Below are positions 44,523-55,044 of a DNA stretch of 64,000 nucleotides, in pieces. The notes under the pieces were generated by a model. That model was not told the origin of the DNA. It was given only the letters and a program-made list of their open reading frames with translations, and did no database searches. Position 1 is the stretch's first letter, and every line of letters starts with the position of its first letter. The position numbers were made by a program, and so were the translations under genes. The stretch comes from Blastocatellia bacterium (GTDB lineage: Bacteria > Acidobacteriota > Blastocatellia > UBA7656): positions 28,142-92,141 of the forward strand of contig DATNBZ010000164.1 of the NCBI GenBank assembly GCA_035607285.1, given 5' to 3'.

Positions 44523-44670
44523 GTGTTCGGATTCTGCGTTGCTCGATAAGCTTCGCGTGCTTTGCGGTCCTTTGCGTCTTTGCGTTGAGTATTGGGGTAT
44601 TGAAGGAGTAAGACCCAATACTCAACGCAAAGACGCAAAGGACCGCAAAGCACGCGAAGGACTGACAAGC
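44523..44670. repeat. Family-A palindromic repeat element, copy A5.
   Basis: gttcggattctgcgttgctcgataagcttcgcgtgctttgcggtcctttgcgtctttgcgttgagtattgg ... ccaatactcaacgcaaagacgcaaaggaccgcaaagcacgcgaaggactgac. Confidence 0.85.
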
Positions 44671-44684
44671 GGCGACAAGACAAC

Positions 44685-47600
44685 TCACTGGATGATTTTT
44701 AACTTCACGGTATTCGACCGCCCGCCGTCCGGGTGCCGCGCTTGAAGCGTGAGCACTCCCGGCTGGGCGGTCATCTCGGCTGGAATCCGAGCGGTGAATG
44801 AAGCCTCGCTCACGAAGGTGGTGCTTAACGCAGTTTCATTGGCAAACAGCACAACGCCCGGCTTGAAGGCTACGCCGCCGACGGTGATTTCGAACGCTCC
44901 GGTTCCCGCTTTTATCTTCCCGCGCGACAGCTTCGTGATAAGCGGGCCGTTCTCGACCGTCAGCGTAACCGTGTTGGATTGATTGGCGTCGGCATTGACG
45001 ACCAACAGCGGCAGTTCAGCGGCTCTTACGAAAGAGGTACCGGGCACGACCGCAGTCAGTGTGGTGGAAGATACAAACGTCGTAGATACCAAAACTCCCT
45101 GCACCTTAACCGCGGCGCCGCTTTGAAAACGTTCGCCGGTAATCGTGACTTCGAGTTTATCAGCGCCGGTGCCCGTGGTCTGCGGTGTAATCCTGATTAT
45201 CTTCGGCGGATCATCGACGATCAACAACCGCGCAACGCTCGAGAGCTCGCCTCTCGGGTTCCTGACTCGAATATCCGCGGCGCCTCCCTCGGCAACGAGG
45301 CCGGCGGCTACCGTAGCCTCCAGTTGCGTGTCGGAACGGAAGACGGTTTCCACCGCGATGTTGCCCACCAATACAACCGCGCCCGGCAGGAAGTTCGTTC
45401 CCGAGATGTTGAGCGTGAACTGCGATGCACCGACTCGAACCGTTCCCGGCGAGAGCGACCGAATCGTCGGCTTGATGGTGAACGTCTGGCCTGCAGCGCG
45501 GGTCCCTGGCGAGAACAGCCGGTTCGGGTCCGCGGCTACAATGCTGTGAAGCGTAAAAATTGCGCCGTCGCCATCCGGATCACGGTTGAGAGACTGGCTG
45601 GCCCCGCCTTCTTTGGAGCCGAATACGATCTGTTGCAATACGTGCCCCTGCGCGTCCTGCAGAATGATGGAATCTCCTCCGTTGTTGAGCGAGAGCCCTC
45701 CGGTAGACGCTTTGAATACGAGGTGGTTCTCCGCGGCATTTCCAAATGCGCCGACCGCGGTTCCTCCACCGAATACGACCGCGACTTCAAAAGCCGGGAT
45801 GATCGTCCCGGGAGCGAACACGTGCCTGACATCGTCGGCGTCAAACAGCTTGTAGCCTGAGATGTCGATCGGGTCGGCGGAGCGGTTCAGTATCTCGACA
45901 AATTCGTCTTGAGATGAGCTCCGGGTACCGTCCCCGTTGGCGTCGCCGGCGTCACCCGCGGGAGGATCGGCGAGATACTCATTGATCACCAACGGATCCT
46001 TTATCAGGACTCTGAGCGTTACGACATTCGATGTACCCGAGTCGGGATTCACCACCGCCATCAGGACATTACTTGGAGCCTGAATAAGCGCGGCAGGCAC
46101 TCTCGCTTGAAGCCGCCCGCTGTTGGTTACCGTGGTATCCAGAATGTCGCCTTGCAACCCTACGACGACCACGGCGCCCGGCTGGAACTTCTCGCCGGTA
46201 ATCGTCACCGTCAGATCGCCGCTTCCGGCGATAACACTTGACGGATCAAGTGACCCGATAAGCGGGGGATCCGGCAAAACCTGGAAGATCACCTGGTTCG
46301 ATGGCGACTCACCGGAGCTTTGCACTGAAACAACGTGAACCCCGATCGTGGATATCAGCGACGCCGGCACATCGGCTACCAGTTGAGTCGCCGATGTGAA
46401 ACGTGTCACAAGTGGCGTTTGATCAAAGAACACCACGGTGCTGCTGTTGAAATTTGAGCCCTTCACTGACAATGAGAATCCGGGCCCTCCCACAATCGCA
46501 TTCGAAGGCAATATCGAGCTGACAACCGTTGCGGGCAAGATCACCTCGAGAGTGGCGGTGCCCGATAGCTTCCCGTCGGGGTTGCGCACCGAGACCAGCT
46601 TCGTTCCGGCATTCGTCAGCAAAGACGCGGGGACGGTTGCCCGGAGATTCTGAGAGTTCGTGAACGTCGTCGTGACCGATGCTCCGTCGATCAACACTAC
46701 CGCTCCTGAAACGAAGTTCGCGCCTGAAGCAAACAGCGTAAGCGCGCCGCTGCCCACCACGACAACTCGCGGGCTGATCGATGTCAGCACGGGCGGTGGA
46801 ATGAGAATGGTGAGCGTGAGAGCGTTGGAACGATTGCCCCCCTCGTTGCGAACCTGGACCTGATGCGCACCGCCGGCGGCCAGGACGCTGGCCGGGACGT
46901 GGCCAATCAATCGGCCCGAGTCAACGAATGCCGTGGTGATCACTTGCGCGTCGATCAACACCTTCGCCCCTCCGTCAAAATCACTGCCCTCGACGGTCAA
47001 ATCAAAAGGCGGACCGTTCAGGTTGGCGCTGGTGGGATTAATCGACGTGAGCCGCGGGCCCGCGGTGAAGGGGTCGCCATTGACCTGAGCGCCGGGTGAG
47101 AACAAACGTCCTGCGCTGCCCGGAATGGTCGAGTGAGGCGCGAACGTGATTCCTCCTCCGTCGGGGTTGCGATTGAGCGACTGGTTGGCGTTACCTTCGC
47201 CTGAACCGAAGGTCACCGACTCGATTGCAGCCGCGTCAGAATTCTTCAATGTAATCGTGTCGCCGGTGTTATTGAGCGACAGCCCGCCTGATGTAAAAAC
47301 GAGCCCGTTTGCGCCTGCGCTTCCAAACTGGCCCTGCGGATGTCCTCCCCCAAAAACGACCGCAGCTTCGCCCGCCGGAATCAAGGTCTCGGGAGGGAAA
47401 ACGAATCGCTGCGCATCGGCGTCGCTTATCGAGAAGCCGCTGACGTCAAACGGCGCGTCGGTCCTGTTGAGGATCTCGACGAACTCATCGTCGGCCGAGT
47501 CGCGCACGCCGTCGCCGTTAGCGTCGCCCGCCAGACCGTCTGGCGGATCGGCCATGTATTCGTTGATCCCGATGGAAGCAAGGACCGTGAAAGGCACTGA

Positions 47601-48530
47601 GTTCGAAATGGCGCCATCAGGATTCCGAACGGTTATCGCATAAGTGCCTGGGACACTAGTTACCGTGCCGGGAATTACCGCGTTCAAATCGGTGTCGCTG
47701 AAGAACGCGGTGAAGATCGCGTTTCCATCCACTCGGACCTCAGCGCCGCCGTGAAAGTTCATGCCGACAACGTCTATGAAAACGTCTCCCGCGCCGGCGA
47801 TCGCGCCCGCCGGTGATATTGAAGCGATCACCGGATCGGTTGTCGTGAACGGAGCGCCATTGACGCGAGCGCCGGGTGAGAACAGCGCGCCGCCGCTTCC
47901 CGCGGCAGTCGAGTGCTCGACAAAAGGTCCGGTTATGTCCGGGCTGCGAGTAATCGACTGATTGGCGCCGCCTTCGGTCGCGGTGTAGGTAACCGCATCA
48001 ACGACCGCTCCGAGATTGTCCTTCACTGTAATCGTATCGCCGCCGTTGTTTAGTGAAAGGCCCGAACCGCCGACCGCAAACACCAGCCCATTCATGGTGG
48101 CGTTTCCAAACGCCCCGGTCGGAGTACCGCCACCGAAGACGACTGCCGCCTCACCCGCCGGAATTATTTTGCCGCCGGGAACGGTGAACCTTGTTTGTGT
48201 CGCGTCGCTGATCGTGAAGGAACTAATGTCCAGCGGCGCGGGTCCGTTATTGACGATCTCGACGAACTCATCCGCGGTTGCATCGCGAACGCCGTCGCCG
48301 TTCGCGTCGCCCGCCAGACCGTCGGGCGGGTCGGCGAGGTACTCGTTGATGATGAGCGTGGCGGATTCCGGCTTCAGCTTTTTGTTCGGCTCATGCCGGC
48401 CATCACGAGACGCAAGAACAGGAAGCAGTGTGCTCATCGTCCCTGTCATTAGGACGAAAGCGATAATTAATGTGAGGAGCCTTCTGCTAAACATACCTAA
48501 CTTCCATTGAGTCGGATCTCGCTGCGGCAT
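44685..48530 (-). CDS. Giant secreted protein with three lamin-tail-domain (LTD) repeats interspersed with IPT/TIG-like Ig domains.
   Basis: Three copies of INEY(L/M)ADPPDGLAGDANGDGVRD..DEFVEI(V/L)N........S.F.ISDA. The repeats are visible at the DNA level and as mirrored minus-strand ORF fragments. The signal peptide is MFSRRLLTLIIAFVLM. Confidence 0.8.
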   Translation of the reverse strand: MPQRDPTQWKLGMFSRRLLTLIIAFVLMTGTMSTLLPVLASRDGRHEPNKKLKPESATLIINEYLADPPDGLAGDANGDGVRDATADEFVEIVNNGPAPLDISSFTISDATQTRFTVPGGKIIPAGEAAVVFGGGTPTGAFGNATMNGLVFAVGGSGLSLNNGGDTITVKDNLGAVVDAVTYTATEGGANQSITRSPDITGPFVEHSTAAGSGGALFSPGARVNGAPFTTTDPVIASISPAGAIAGAGDVFIDVVGMNFHGGAEVRVDGNAIFTAFFSDTDLNAVIPGTVTSVPGTYAITVRNPDGAISNSVPFTVLASIGINEYMADPPDGLAGDANGDGVRDSADDEFVEILNRTDAPFDVSGFSISDADAQRFVFPPETLIPAGEAAVVFGGGHPQGQFGSAGANGLVFTSGGLSLNNTGDTITLKNSDAAAIESVTFGSGEGNANQSLNRNPDGGGITFAPHSTIPGSAGRLFSPGAQVNGDPFTAGPRLTSINPTSANLNGPPFDLTVEGSDFDGGAKVLIDAQVITTAFVDSGRLIGHVPASVLAAGGAHQVQVRNEGGNRSNALTLTILIPPPVLTSISPRVVVVGSGALTLFASGANFVSGAVVLIDGASVTTTFTNSQNLRATVPASLLTNAGTKLVSVRNPDGKLSGTATLEVILPATVVSSILPSNAIVGGPGFSLSVKGSNFNSSTVVFFDQTPLVTRFTSATQLVADVPASLISTIGVHVVSVQSSGESPSNQVIFQVLPDPPLIGSLDPSSVIAGSGDLTVTITGEKFQPGAVVVVGLQGDILDTTVTNSGRLQARVPAALIQAPSNVLMAVVNPDSGTSNVVTLRVLIKDPLVINEYLADPPAGDAGDANGDGTRSSSQDEFVEILNRSADPIDISGYKLFDADDVRHVFAPGTIIPAFEVAVVFGGGTAVGAFGNAAENHLVFKASTGGLSLNNGGDSIILQDAQGHVLQQIVFGSKEGGASQSLNRDPDGDGAIFTLHSIVAADPNRLFSPGTRAAGQTFTIKPTIRSLSPGTVRVGASQFTLNISGTNFLPGAVVLVGNIAVETVFRSDTQLEATVAAGLVAEGGAADIRVRNPRGELSSVARLLIVDDPPKIIRITPQTTGTGADKLEVTITGERFQSGAAVKVQGVLVSTTFVSSTTLTAVVPGTSFVRAAELPLLVVNADANQSNTVTLTVENGPLITKLSRGKIKAGTGAFEITVGGVAFKPGVVLFANETALSTTFVSEASFTARIPAEMTAQPGVLTLQARHPDGGRSNTVKLKIIQ

Positions 48531-48653
48531 CTGCTCGAATTGACAAGGATGATGCTTCGAGTACGACCTTGGGAATCCCCGAGTGGCGGGAGCGATGCTA
48601 TCGCAAAAGGCGATGACATGTCCATCGCTGAACAGCTTGCTTGCTTGGGGAAG

Positions 48654-48902
48654 TCAGTAAGCGGATCCCGTGGCACAGCGGGCAGGAATATACCGGCAGC
48701 CAGTAGTTGAGAGAGACGTGCAGCCGCTTTGGTAATGATATGCGCACTGTAGTTTGTAGCACCTGTTATTCTGGAGATCGGTATATACTTCACAGGTGGG
48801 GCTACCACAATTGGCCATTGCGGTCGACCAACTATATAGAACAGATAAGATGAGGAATCCGACGGTCCAAACTATGCGAACAGTTATTCCTCGATTACGC
48901 AT
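48654..48902 (-). CDS. Small secreted cysteine-rich peptide (82-aa precursor, about 55-aa mature, 7 Cys).
   Basis: RBS gaggt 7 nt upstream. The signal peptide is IVWTVGFLILSVLYSWSTAMA. The mature region is NCGSPTCEVYTDLQNNRCYKLQCAYHYQSGCTSLSTTGCRYIPARCATGSAY. It lies immediately downstream of 48908-49660 on the same strand in the low-GC island. Confidence 0.5.
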   Translation of the reverse strand: MRNRGITVRIVWTVGFLILSVLYSWSTAMANCGSPTCEVYTDLQNNRCYKLQCAYHYQSGCTSLSTTGCRYIPARCATGSAY

Positions 48903-48907
48903 ACTCG

Positions 48908-49660
48908 TTACCTCTTCTTGATTTCATCAAGGGCATCAATCGGCAACGCCAGCACCCTCTCGACTTCGGCATTTGAGAATGTTTTTATCTCGTGTTTCGC
49001 CCGAGCCTTGATGAAGGATGCGCCTCGTTGAAAACCTTCCTGCCACTTGGCTGATCCGTCTCTGGCGCCGATATCGTCACCTGTTTGGTCTAGCTCTGCT
49101 GATAAAGCATTCATACCTTTTTCAGCGAGCACGCCCAATAAATGTTTAGCCATAGTTCGAGCTCCCGCTCGAAGGCCCGCGAGCACTTCCTTTGATGAGT
49201 ATGTATCGGCTCCCCAAGTGCTGGCATCTGTGAATTCGACGAAGTCGAGTGATACCACAACGCGCTCGACGGGACGCGAATAGTGGGCGTCACCCACAGT
49301 GACCGTTCGAGTATCCCCCGGTCGGAAGAGAGAGTTTGCAGTAGTACTTTGGTTGAGCTCCACGCCTCCAGGGCGTAGCTCACCGCCAATAACGATATCG
49401 TACTTAATCGCGTACGCACTCACGTCTCTGCCGCTGGCATTTGCGACTACAACGTCCTCCTTTGGAGCATACTGGTCGTCTGCCGTGCTTTCCGGATGAA
49501 GGATTTGGAGCCTCAAAGGCGCATCGGGCTGGGGGCTAACAGCCGTGCGCGCAGCCTGACTCGAAGCCCTCTTCATCGCGCTGACGCTCACAAGCAAAAT
49601 ACAGCAAGCAAGAAAGGTGAATAACAGTTTTCTCTTAAAGATTTTTTGATGCTTGTTCAT
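48908..49660 (-). CDS. Hypothetical secreted protein.
   Basis: Signal peptide MNKHQKIFKRKLLFTFLACCILLVSVSA. No family recognised. Low-GC context. Confidence 0.5.
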   Translation of the reverse strand: MNKHQKIFKRKLLFTFLACCILLVSVSAMKRASSQAARTAVSPQPDAPLRLQILHPESTADDQYAPKEDVVVANASGRDVSAYAIKYDIVIGGELRPGGVELNQSTTANSLFRPGDTRTVTVGDAHYSRPVERVVVSLDFVEFTDASTWGADTYSSKEVLAGLRAGARTMAKHLLGVLAEKGMNALSAELDQTGDDIGARDGSAKWQEGFQRGASFIKARAKHEIKTFSNAEVERVLALPIDALDEIKKR

Positions 49661-49789
49661 GGACACTCCCTTCCGAGACAAGTTCCGAATCGAATCACTG
49701 AGATTGAGAAGCGGGGAAAAGCAGACGAGCAAGTTAGTATCATGTATTACAGGTTTAAGTCAAGAAAAAACTGCGCACAGCCGAAAGCG

Positions 49790-49906
49790 TTAGTTTTCTT
49801 AAGCGCGCTTTCTGTCACTTACTACAATAGCGAGAGTCACTTCGTGCGCGGCTTCGGAAAGGCATTTGGTCTTTCTCCTTCAGAATACAGAGAGCCCTTG
49901 AGTTGA
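49790..49906 (+). pseudogene. Remnant of an AraC-family HTH C-terminus (3' fragment only).
   Basis: ...YNSESHFVRGFGKAFGLSPSEYRE is the conserved tail of AraC/XylS HTH domains. It lacks an upstream domain and a plausible start. Confidence 0.45.
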
Positions 49907-50173
49907 TCTTGAAAGGGCAGCGGATTCGCGCGGCAGAACCGTAAAGGCCGGATAACGTTAGCAAGATTGATGACCTTTTTCTTATTGTAACGAAAAAGAT
50001 ATCGTGCGATACTGGGCTCCTGTCAAAGTCCCGTGTACGTGTCCTAAGAATGATCGACATAGGTTAGTCCAAATGCGGCTCGACCGACAGATGCTCTGAA
50101 ATGTTAGTGAAAACGATCACTGGGAACGCATGGCGTTCTCCGTGTACGACGCGCCTTCTGGGCCAAGGAGCTC

Positions 50174-50512
50174 ATGCATCCTAAAGTTCAGAGAGTCATC
50201 GATTATACGAATGCGAATTTACATCGAAAGCTCGATCTGATCAACCTGGGTCGATTAGCCGGGCTCTCTCGTTCACGTCTTTGTTATGTGTTCAAGAACG
50301 AGATGGGAATATCGCTGGGAAAGTACCTCAAAGCTCAAAGGATGCAGAAGGCGCGTGAGCTTCTCGAAAGAACTTCTCTTAACGCAAAGGAGGTAGCTGC
50401 GGCAGTAGGGATGCGTGATCAAAGCCACTTTTCGAAAGACTTCAAAAGGACCTACGACCTGACGCCATTGCAGTATAGAGCGCAGTTTTTCACGAACGAT
50501 CAAGAGGAATAA
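50174..50512 (+). CDS. AraC-family HTH-only transcriptional regulator (112 aa).
   Basis: VIDYTNANLHRKLDLINLGRLAGLSRSRLCYVFKNEMGISLGKYL...SHFSKDFKRTYDLTPLQYR are tandem HTH_18 helices. Confidence 0.8.
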   Translation: MHPKVQRVIDYTNANLHRKLDLINLGRLAGLSRSRLCYVFKNEMGISLGKYLKAQRMQKARELLERTSLNAKEVAAAVGMRDQSHFSKDFKRTYDLTPLQYRAQFFTNDQEE

Positions 50513-50715
50513 GGAGAACAGGACGATTGGCCAAGAAACAGTACCTTTGGCCAAATCTTTCCTGTTGCATTCAGGAATGTGTTGAGGGATACTCGCCGAT
50601 GGATGATACATCACAACAAGTACTGAAGTCACTGAGGGCCGCTCATTCAACGCATCCGTCATCGAGTTCATCGTAACTACCGGCTCGAGGGCGTACGATT
50701 CAGCGAGGTCAACAC

Positions 50716-51525
50716 ATGAAAACACAGCGAAGCACTTCAGCAAGTCAACGTCTCATCGGGCCGATAGCTGTGTTCGCCGGACTCTGTCTCGCGTTCGTCG
50801 GCGTGAATGCCAGGTCCGCGAAGAAATCTCAGCCACCGCAAGCGAGCCCGGAGATTCAAATAAGAAACTACACAAATGCCTTTCAAGTGGTCGGCACCGA
50901 AACCGTCGGTGACGATTATGTCATCATGCTGAAGAACGTTTCGCAGAAGGCGATTTCGGCGTATTCATGGTCGCTCGGACCCAGTAGCCGTCCTACGAAT
51001 ATTCGTGACTCAGATGGCGCGGGAACTGGGCAAGTTATCAGTCCTGGCGCAATATTCAGAGCAGAGGTCCCGCTAATAGCATTCAAGCATTCGGCTGAAA
51101 CGACGCCCTCCCACCAGGCTATCTTCAACTTCATTGCCGTGGTATTCGACGACCTCAGTAGCGAGGGCTTCCCTGAGCGGGTGAAGGTAATCAAAGACAG
51201 GCGGATCGGCGAGAAAATTCAACTCAAGCGAGTCAAGCGACTGCTCAACGAGGCCGGCGATGCCCAGGATTCTGAAATACCAAACAGACTCGACAGCTTG
51301 AGAGCACGGATCACCGCGCTTTCGAATACTCCGGAAGAAGGGCAATCTGATGAGATAGCCGACGGGTTGTTGAGCGCTAAACGGCACACGCTGGTAATGC
51401 TCGAACACTTGATGACGGAACACGGTGGTATTGAAATGTTAAGCGGGCCAAACGGTGTTGAGCATGCCAGGAGAATCCTTTCCGGCTTAATGGAACAGAC
51501 CGATACCTGGCTTTCAAGATACTAG
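50716..51525 (+). CDS. Hypothetical secreted protein, distant paralog of 52808-53665.
   Basis: Signal peptide. Shared architecture and motifs with the downstream paralog ([13 protein letters not shown] / [18 protein letters not shown]; [23 protein letters not shown] / [21 protein letters not shown]). Confidence 0.5.
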   Translation: MKTQRSTSASQRLIGPIAVFAGLCLAFVGVNARSAKKSQPPQASPEIQIRNYTNAFQVVGTETVGDDYVIMLKNVSQKAISAYSWSLGPSSRPTNIRDSDGAGTGQVISPGAIFRAEVPLIAFKHSAETTPSHQAIFNFIAVVFDDLSSEGFPERVKVIKDRRIGEKIQLKRVKRLLNEAGDAQDSEIPNRLDSLRARITALSNTPEEGQSDEIADGLLSAKRHTLVMLEHLMTEHGGIEMLSGPNGVEHARRILSGLMEQTDTWLSRY

Positions 51526-51574
51526 GCAAGGAAGCCGGTCCAAACCATCAATCGCGTACACGAGGAGGTTTCCC

Positions 51575-52642
51575 ATGAACCGAAAGAGCATAGGTGTTTT
51601 TATCCTCCTATTTGTTATTTCGCTGGGAGCAGGTGACACATCGGGGAGATGCTTACCCACGAGTTGGTATCAGAACGCGAGTGACACACTCGCGAGCGAC
51701 TGCCAGGGGTTCTTTCCGAACTATACTCTAACCAAGATTTCTCATTGGACCATAGCGTGGCCGAACGATTATGGGACTACCCCGTTGTACAGCTATTGCG
51801 ATGCTAAGGGCTACGGCCAATGCACACCCAGCGTATTTTGCTGGCCAAGTTTTTGGCCCCCTCAACCCATCGGTCAACTTTGGAGGCAGCAGGTCGACGA
51901 TGCGACGCTTAACTGTTCTGATCCGAGCGGGTCGGGCTGTACGGCTTGCCGCAAAGGGCTGACGCACTTCGAGGACTCTCCCAGTCCGTGTAACACTTGC
52001 GGAAATCCTTGTATCGCTGACGGCGGCGGGGGTGGCTGCATTAATACCTGTCCAGGCGGCGGCGACACCAGAAGTTGTGATCCGAGCTGCAATAGTTGTT
52101 GTGACAGCCCCATCCTCATAGATGTACTCGGCAATGGATTCAACCTTACCGATGCGGCACGCGGTGTCAACTTCGACATCAACACCAACGGCACGACCGA
52201 GCAACTCGGCTGGACGGCGGCAGGTTCCGACGATGCTTTCCTCGTGCTGGACAGGAACGGAAACGGCGCCATAGATAACGGCCTGGAACTGTTCGGTAAC
52301 TTCACGCCGCAGCCTCTGTCTAATAATCTGAATGGCTTCGCCGCACTAGCAGAGTTTGATAAGCCTGCGAACGGCGGCAACGGTGACGGTATGATTGACA
52401 GCCACGACGCGATATTCTCTTCGCTTCGGCTATGGCAGGACGTTAACCACAATGGCCTCTCGGAACCAAATGAACTCCACACGTTGCCCGACCTCGGTTT
52501 GGCTTCGATCAGCCTTGATTACAGGTGGTCTTCGCGGCATGACGAATACGGGAATGTATTTAGGTATCGCGCCAAGGTCTATGACGCCAGCGGCGCTCAC
52601 CTGGGGCGATTGGCGTATGACGTGTTCCTGGTTAAGCAGTGA
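51575..52642 (+). CDS. Secreted protein with a Cys-rich N-terminal region and calcium-binding-like D-x-N-x-N-G repeats. Its last about 55 codons are duplicated downstream (DR2).
   Basis: Signal peptide. More than 20 Cys in the first 190 aa ([41 protein letters not shown]). Then [33 protein letters not shown] and [12 protein letters not shown] motifs. The C-terminus is [26 protein letters not shown]. Confidence 0.6.
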   Translation: MNRKSIGVFILLFVISLGAGDTSGRCLPTSWYQNASDTLASDCQGFFPNYTLTKISHWTIAWPNDYGTTPLYSYCDAKGYGQCTPSVFCWPSFWPPQPIGQLWRQQVDDATLNCSDPSGSGCTACRKGLTHFEDSPSPCNTCGNPCIADGGGGGCINTCPGGGDTRSCDPSCNSCCDSPILIDVLGNGFNLTDAARGVNFDINTNGTTEQLGWTAAGSDDAFLVLDRNGNGAIDNGLELFGNFTPQPLSNNLNGFAALAEFDKPANGGNGDGMIDSHDAIFSSLRLWQDVNHNGLSEPNELHTLPDLGLASISLDYRWSSRHDEYGNVFRYRAKVYDASGAHLGRLAYDVFLVKQ

Positions 52643-52685
52643 TAATGACGAGTCGTTTGTGGCAGGATACAAACCATAACGGTCT
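52482..52685 (+). repeat. Direct repeat DR2a (3' end of 51575-52642 plus about 40 bp downstream). It is duplicated at 53743-53952.
   Basis: About 205 bp with more than 95% identity to 53743-53952. Confidence 0.9.
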
Positions 52686-52807
52686 ATGGGAGCCGGCCGA
52701 ACTACTTTGGCCAATACTTTCTTATTGCATCGGGCCGCGTAATGTAAGATACTCCGCACAGACGTAGTGTTGACGCCGGTAGATGGCACGACTAAAAGAT
52801 CGTCGCT

Positions 52808-53665
52808 TTGAAGCAGATAATAGGTCATCTCATGAAAAGGCATTCTTACAGATTGCGCACGCTTTATCTTACTGGAATTACAATGACCTTCGGACTTCTC
52901 TTTCTCATTTTTTCAGGAATGAGGGGGCCGACTTCCAGATTCATTGCACCGCAAGAAACTGGGCGCCGCCTCAAAGAATCGGACGGCGATCTGAAGATAA
53001 GGAGCTTGAAAGTAACGAACAGGACTAGAGCTTTTGAACTTGTCGATATAGAAGAGGTCGACGACAAGAACATTCGGCTAACACTCAAGAACGGCTACGA
53101 AAAGAAAATCACTGGCTTTCAGGTATCCGTTGGCGCTGGGCGGGTCCAAACAGACCTGACGTTGGGAGGTGACGAAACGAATTTTATTCTTCCTGAAAAC
53201 ACGTATCAAGAAATATACGCCATTCAGCACGAGACGGACGCTCGCGGCATCACTATCCTCGCGGTCGTATTGGAGGATGGAACCACAGATGGCGATGCCG
53301 AAGCAATCGAAGAAATCGAGTATTATCGCCTCGGGATGAAAATGGAGCGCAAGCGTGTTCTCAGCCTACTACAAGGTGTTTTGAAAACAGATGATTCAGA
53401 GATAGTCTCTGCACTGAGTCGAGTCGAAAATCAAGTTTCATCGCCTTCAATAACTCAAGATAAGACATTGCCATATCAGAAGAACAGGCGGCTGTACAAC
53501 ATAAATTTTGGAACCAGTGATGAGAGAATGCGCATAGCTCGTGAGATTCACAGTATCATTATGCAAAGACAGGATACTCTTCACGTCGCAAATCAGTCGC
53601 AATCGTTCCGGCTGCGTTTACTAGAGCTTGTTGAGTACTATGAGAGAATCATCAACAAGCTCTAG
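52808..53665 (+). CDS. Hypothetical membrane-anchored or secreted protein (paralog of 50716-51525). It lies in a segment flanked by DR2a/DR2b.
   Basis: N-terminal hydrophobic segment [19 protein letters not shown]. Low GC. Confidence 0.5.
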   Translation: MKQIIGHLMKRHSYRLRTLYLTGITMTFGLLFLIFSGMRGPTSRFIAPQETGRRLKESDGDLKIRSLKVTNRTRAFELVDIEEVDDKNIRLTLKNGYEKKITGFQVSVGAGRVQTDLTLGGDETNFILPENTYQEIYAIQHETDARGITILAVVLEDGTTDGDAEAIEEIEYYRLGMKMERKRVLSLLQGVLKTDDSEIVSALSRVENQVSSPSITQDKTLPYQKNRRLYNINFGTSDERMRIAREIHSIIMQRQDTLHVANQSQSFRLRLLELVEYYERIINKL

Positions 53666-53742
53666 TTCATCTTCTGTTGAAATACTGCGAAGGAATCATC
53701 TGCAAACTTCAGTTCACCTGCCTTGAGGGAGTCCGGGCCACA

Positions 53743-53952
53743 CTCCACACGTTACCCGACCTCGGTTTGGCTTCGATCAGCCTTGATTACAGGTGGTCTT
53801 CGCGGCAGGACGAATACGGGAACGTATTTAGGTATCGCGCCAAGGTCTATGACGCCAGCGGCGCTCACCTGGGGCGATGGGCGTATGACGTGTTCCTGGT
53901 TAAGCAGTGATAATGACGAGTCGTTTGTGCAGGATAAAAAACATAACGGTCT
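53743..53952 (+). repeat. Direct repeat DR2b, an orphan copy of the 3' end of 51575-52642.
   Basis: It encodes ...[54 protein letters not shown] with the same downstream taatgacgagtcgtttgtg...ccataacggtct tail. Confidence 0.9.
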
Positions 53953-53976
53953 GTCAGAACTTGGCGAACTTCGCAC

Positions 53977-55044
53977 TCAGACAGAGTTTTCAAATCCCAC
54001 GAACACCGGTTCAACCGCCAGCGCGATGCCGGTCAGGTCCAGGACGCGTTTCTGTATGAAATCTTTCAACTCGATTACTTCGCGAGCCGTGCCGCCTCCG
54101 CGATTGACGATCGCAAGCGCGTGCTTTGTTGAAGTGCCGACGTTGCCGTAAGGGTAACCTCGAGCTATTCCGGCGCGTTCGATCAGCCATGCTGCTGAAA
54201 GTTTTACGCGATCTTGCGAGACTGGAAAGGCGGGGAGGTCGTCGCTTGAGAGATCCTGTTTGATTCGCTCTAACTCTGCAATCGAAACAACGGGATTGAC
54301 GAAGAAGGAACCAACGCTGCGCGAGTCTGTGTCGGAAGGATCGATGACCATGGCCTTGCGCCGCCGGATCGTCAGCACTGCGTCACGAACATCCGCGAGA
54401 GATGGATTGTTAACGCCGCGCTCAGCCAGATACTTCTGAAGCTCAGGATAGCGAACGGCGGGTTTGCCATTCACCGACAGGCGATACGTCACTTGCGCGA
54501 TCACGAACCGGGCGCGATCTCGCTCCTTGAATCTGCTGGTCCGGTAGCCGAACTCACAATCCACCGCGTTGAGCTCAACAATGTTCCCGGTGACCTGGTC
54601 CAACGCCTGCACCGACGTGAGGCTCTCGCTGGTTTCCTGGCCGTAGGCTCCCACGTTCTGAATTGGAGTCGCGCCGACGCGGCCCGGTATTCCGGACAGG
54701 CATTCGAAGCCCGCCCAGTTGCCGGCGACGCAACGCGCGACCAGCGGGTCCCACTCTTCGCCGGCGCCCGCCGTTATTAGAACGTTATCTCCTGAACTGC
54801 GAGTCTCGATTCCACGAATGCTCATCCGAAGCACGAGTCCGGCGAATCCGGAGTCCGCTACCACTATGTTGCTCCCGCCGCCAAGCACGAAGTGTGGCAG
54901 TTTTAGAGCGCGCGCCCATTCAATGCCCGAGCTCAAGGCTTCAACAGTGGTCACGTCAGCGAAGTAACGAGCCGCGCCGCCGATGCCAAGAGTGGTCATC
55001 GGGGCCAGCGGTTCATTCTCTCGCAACAACTGTTCGAAGTTCAT
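53977..55044 (-). CDS. murB: UDP-N-acetylenolpyruvoylglucosamine reductase (MurB).
   Basis: MTTLGIGGAARYF, the FAD-binding GGGSNIVV, and the C-terminal MurB domain SAAWLIERAGIARGYPYGNVGTSTKHALAIVN. The track ORF is N-extended. Confidence 0.9.
   Translation of the reverse strand: MNFEQLLRENEPLAPMTTLGIGGAARYFADVTTVEALSSGIEWARALKLPHFVLGGGSNIVVADSGFAGLVLRMSIRGIETRSSGDNVLITAGAGEEWDPLVARCVAGNWAGFECLSGIPGRVGATPIQNVGAYGQETSESLTSVQALDQVTGNIVELNAVDCEFGYRTSRFKERDRARFVIAQVTYRLSVNGKPAVRYPELQKYLAERGVNNPSLADVRDAVLTIRRRKAMVIDPSDTDSRSVGSFFVNPVVSIAELERIKQDLSSDDLPAFPVSQDRVKLSAAWLIERAGIARGYPYGNVGTSTKHALAIVNRGGGTAREVIELKDFIQKRVLDLTGIALAVEPVFVGFENSV

Noticed and set aside
44749-48510. Plus-strand ORFs (44979-45860, 47146-47643, 48016-48510 and others) that resemble each other.
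   Set aside because: They are the antisense image of the three LTD/IPT repeats of the giant minus-strand protein.
52430-52843. 137-aa minus-strand ORF spanning DR2a.
   Set aside because: It is antisense to the C-terminus of 51575-52642 and to intergenic repeat sequence. A near-duplicate antisense ORF appears at 53752-53976 for the same reason.
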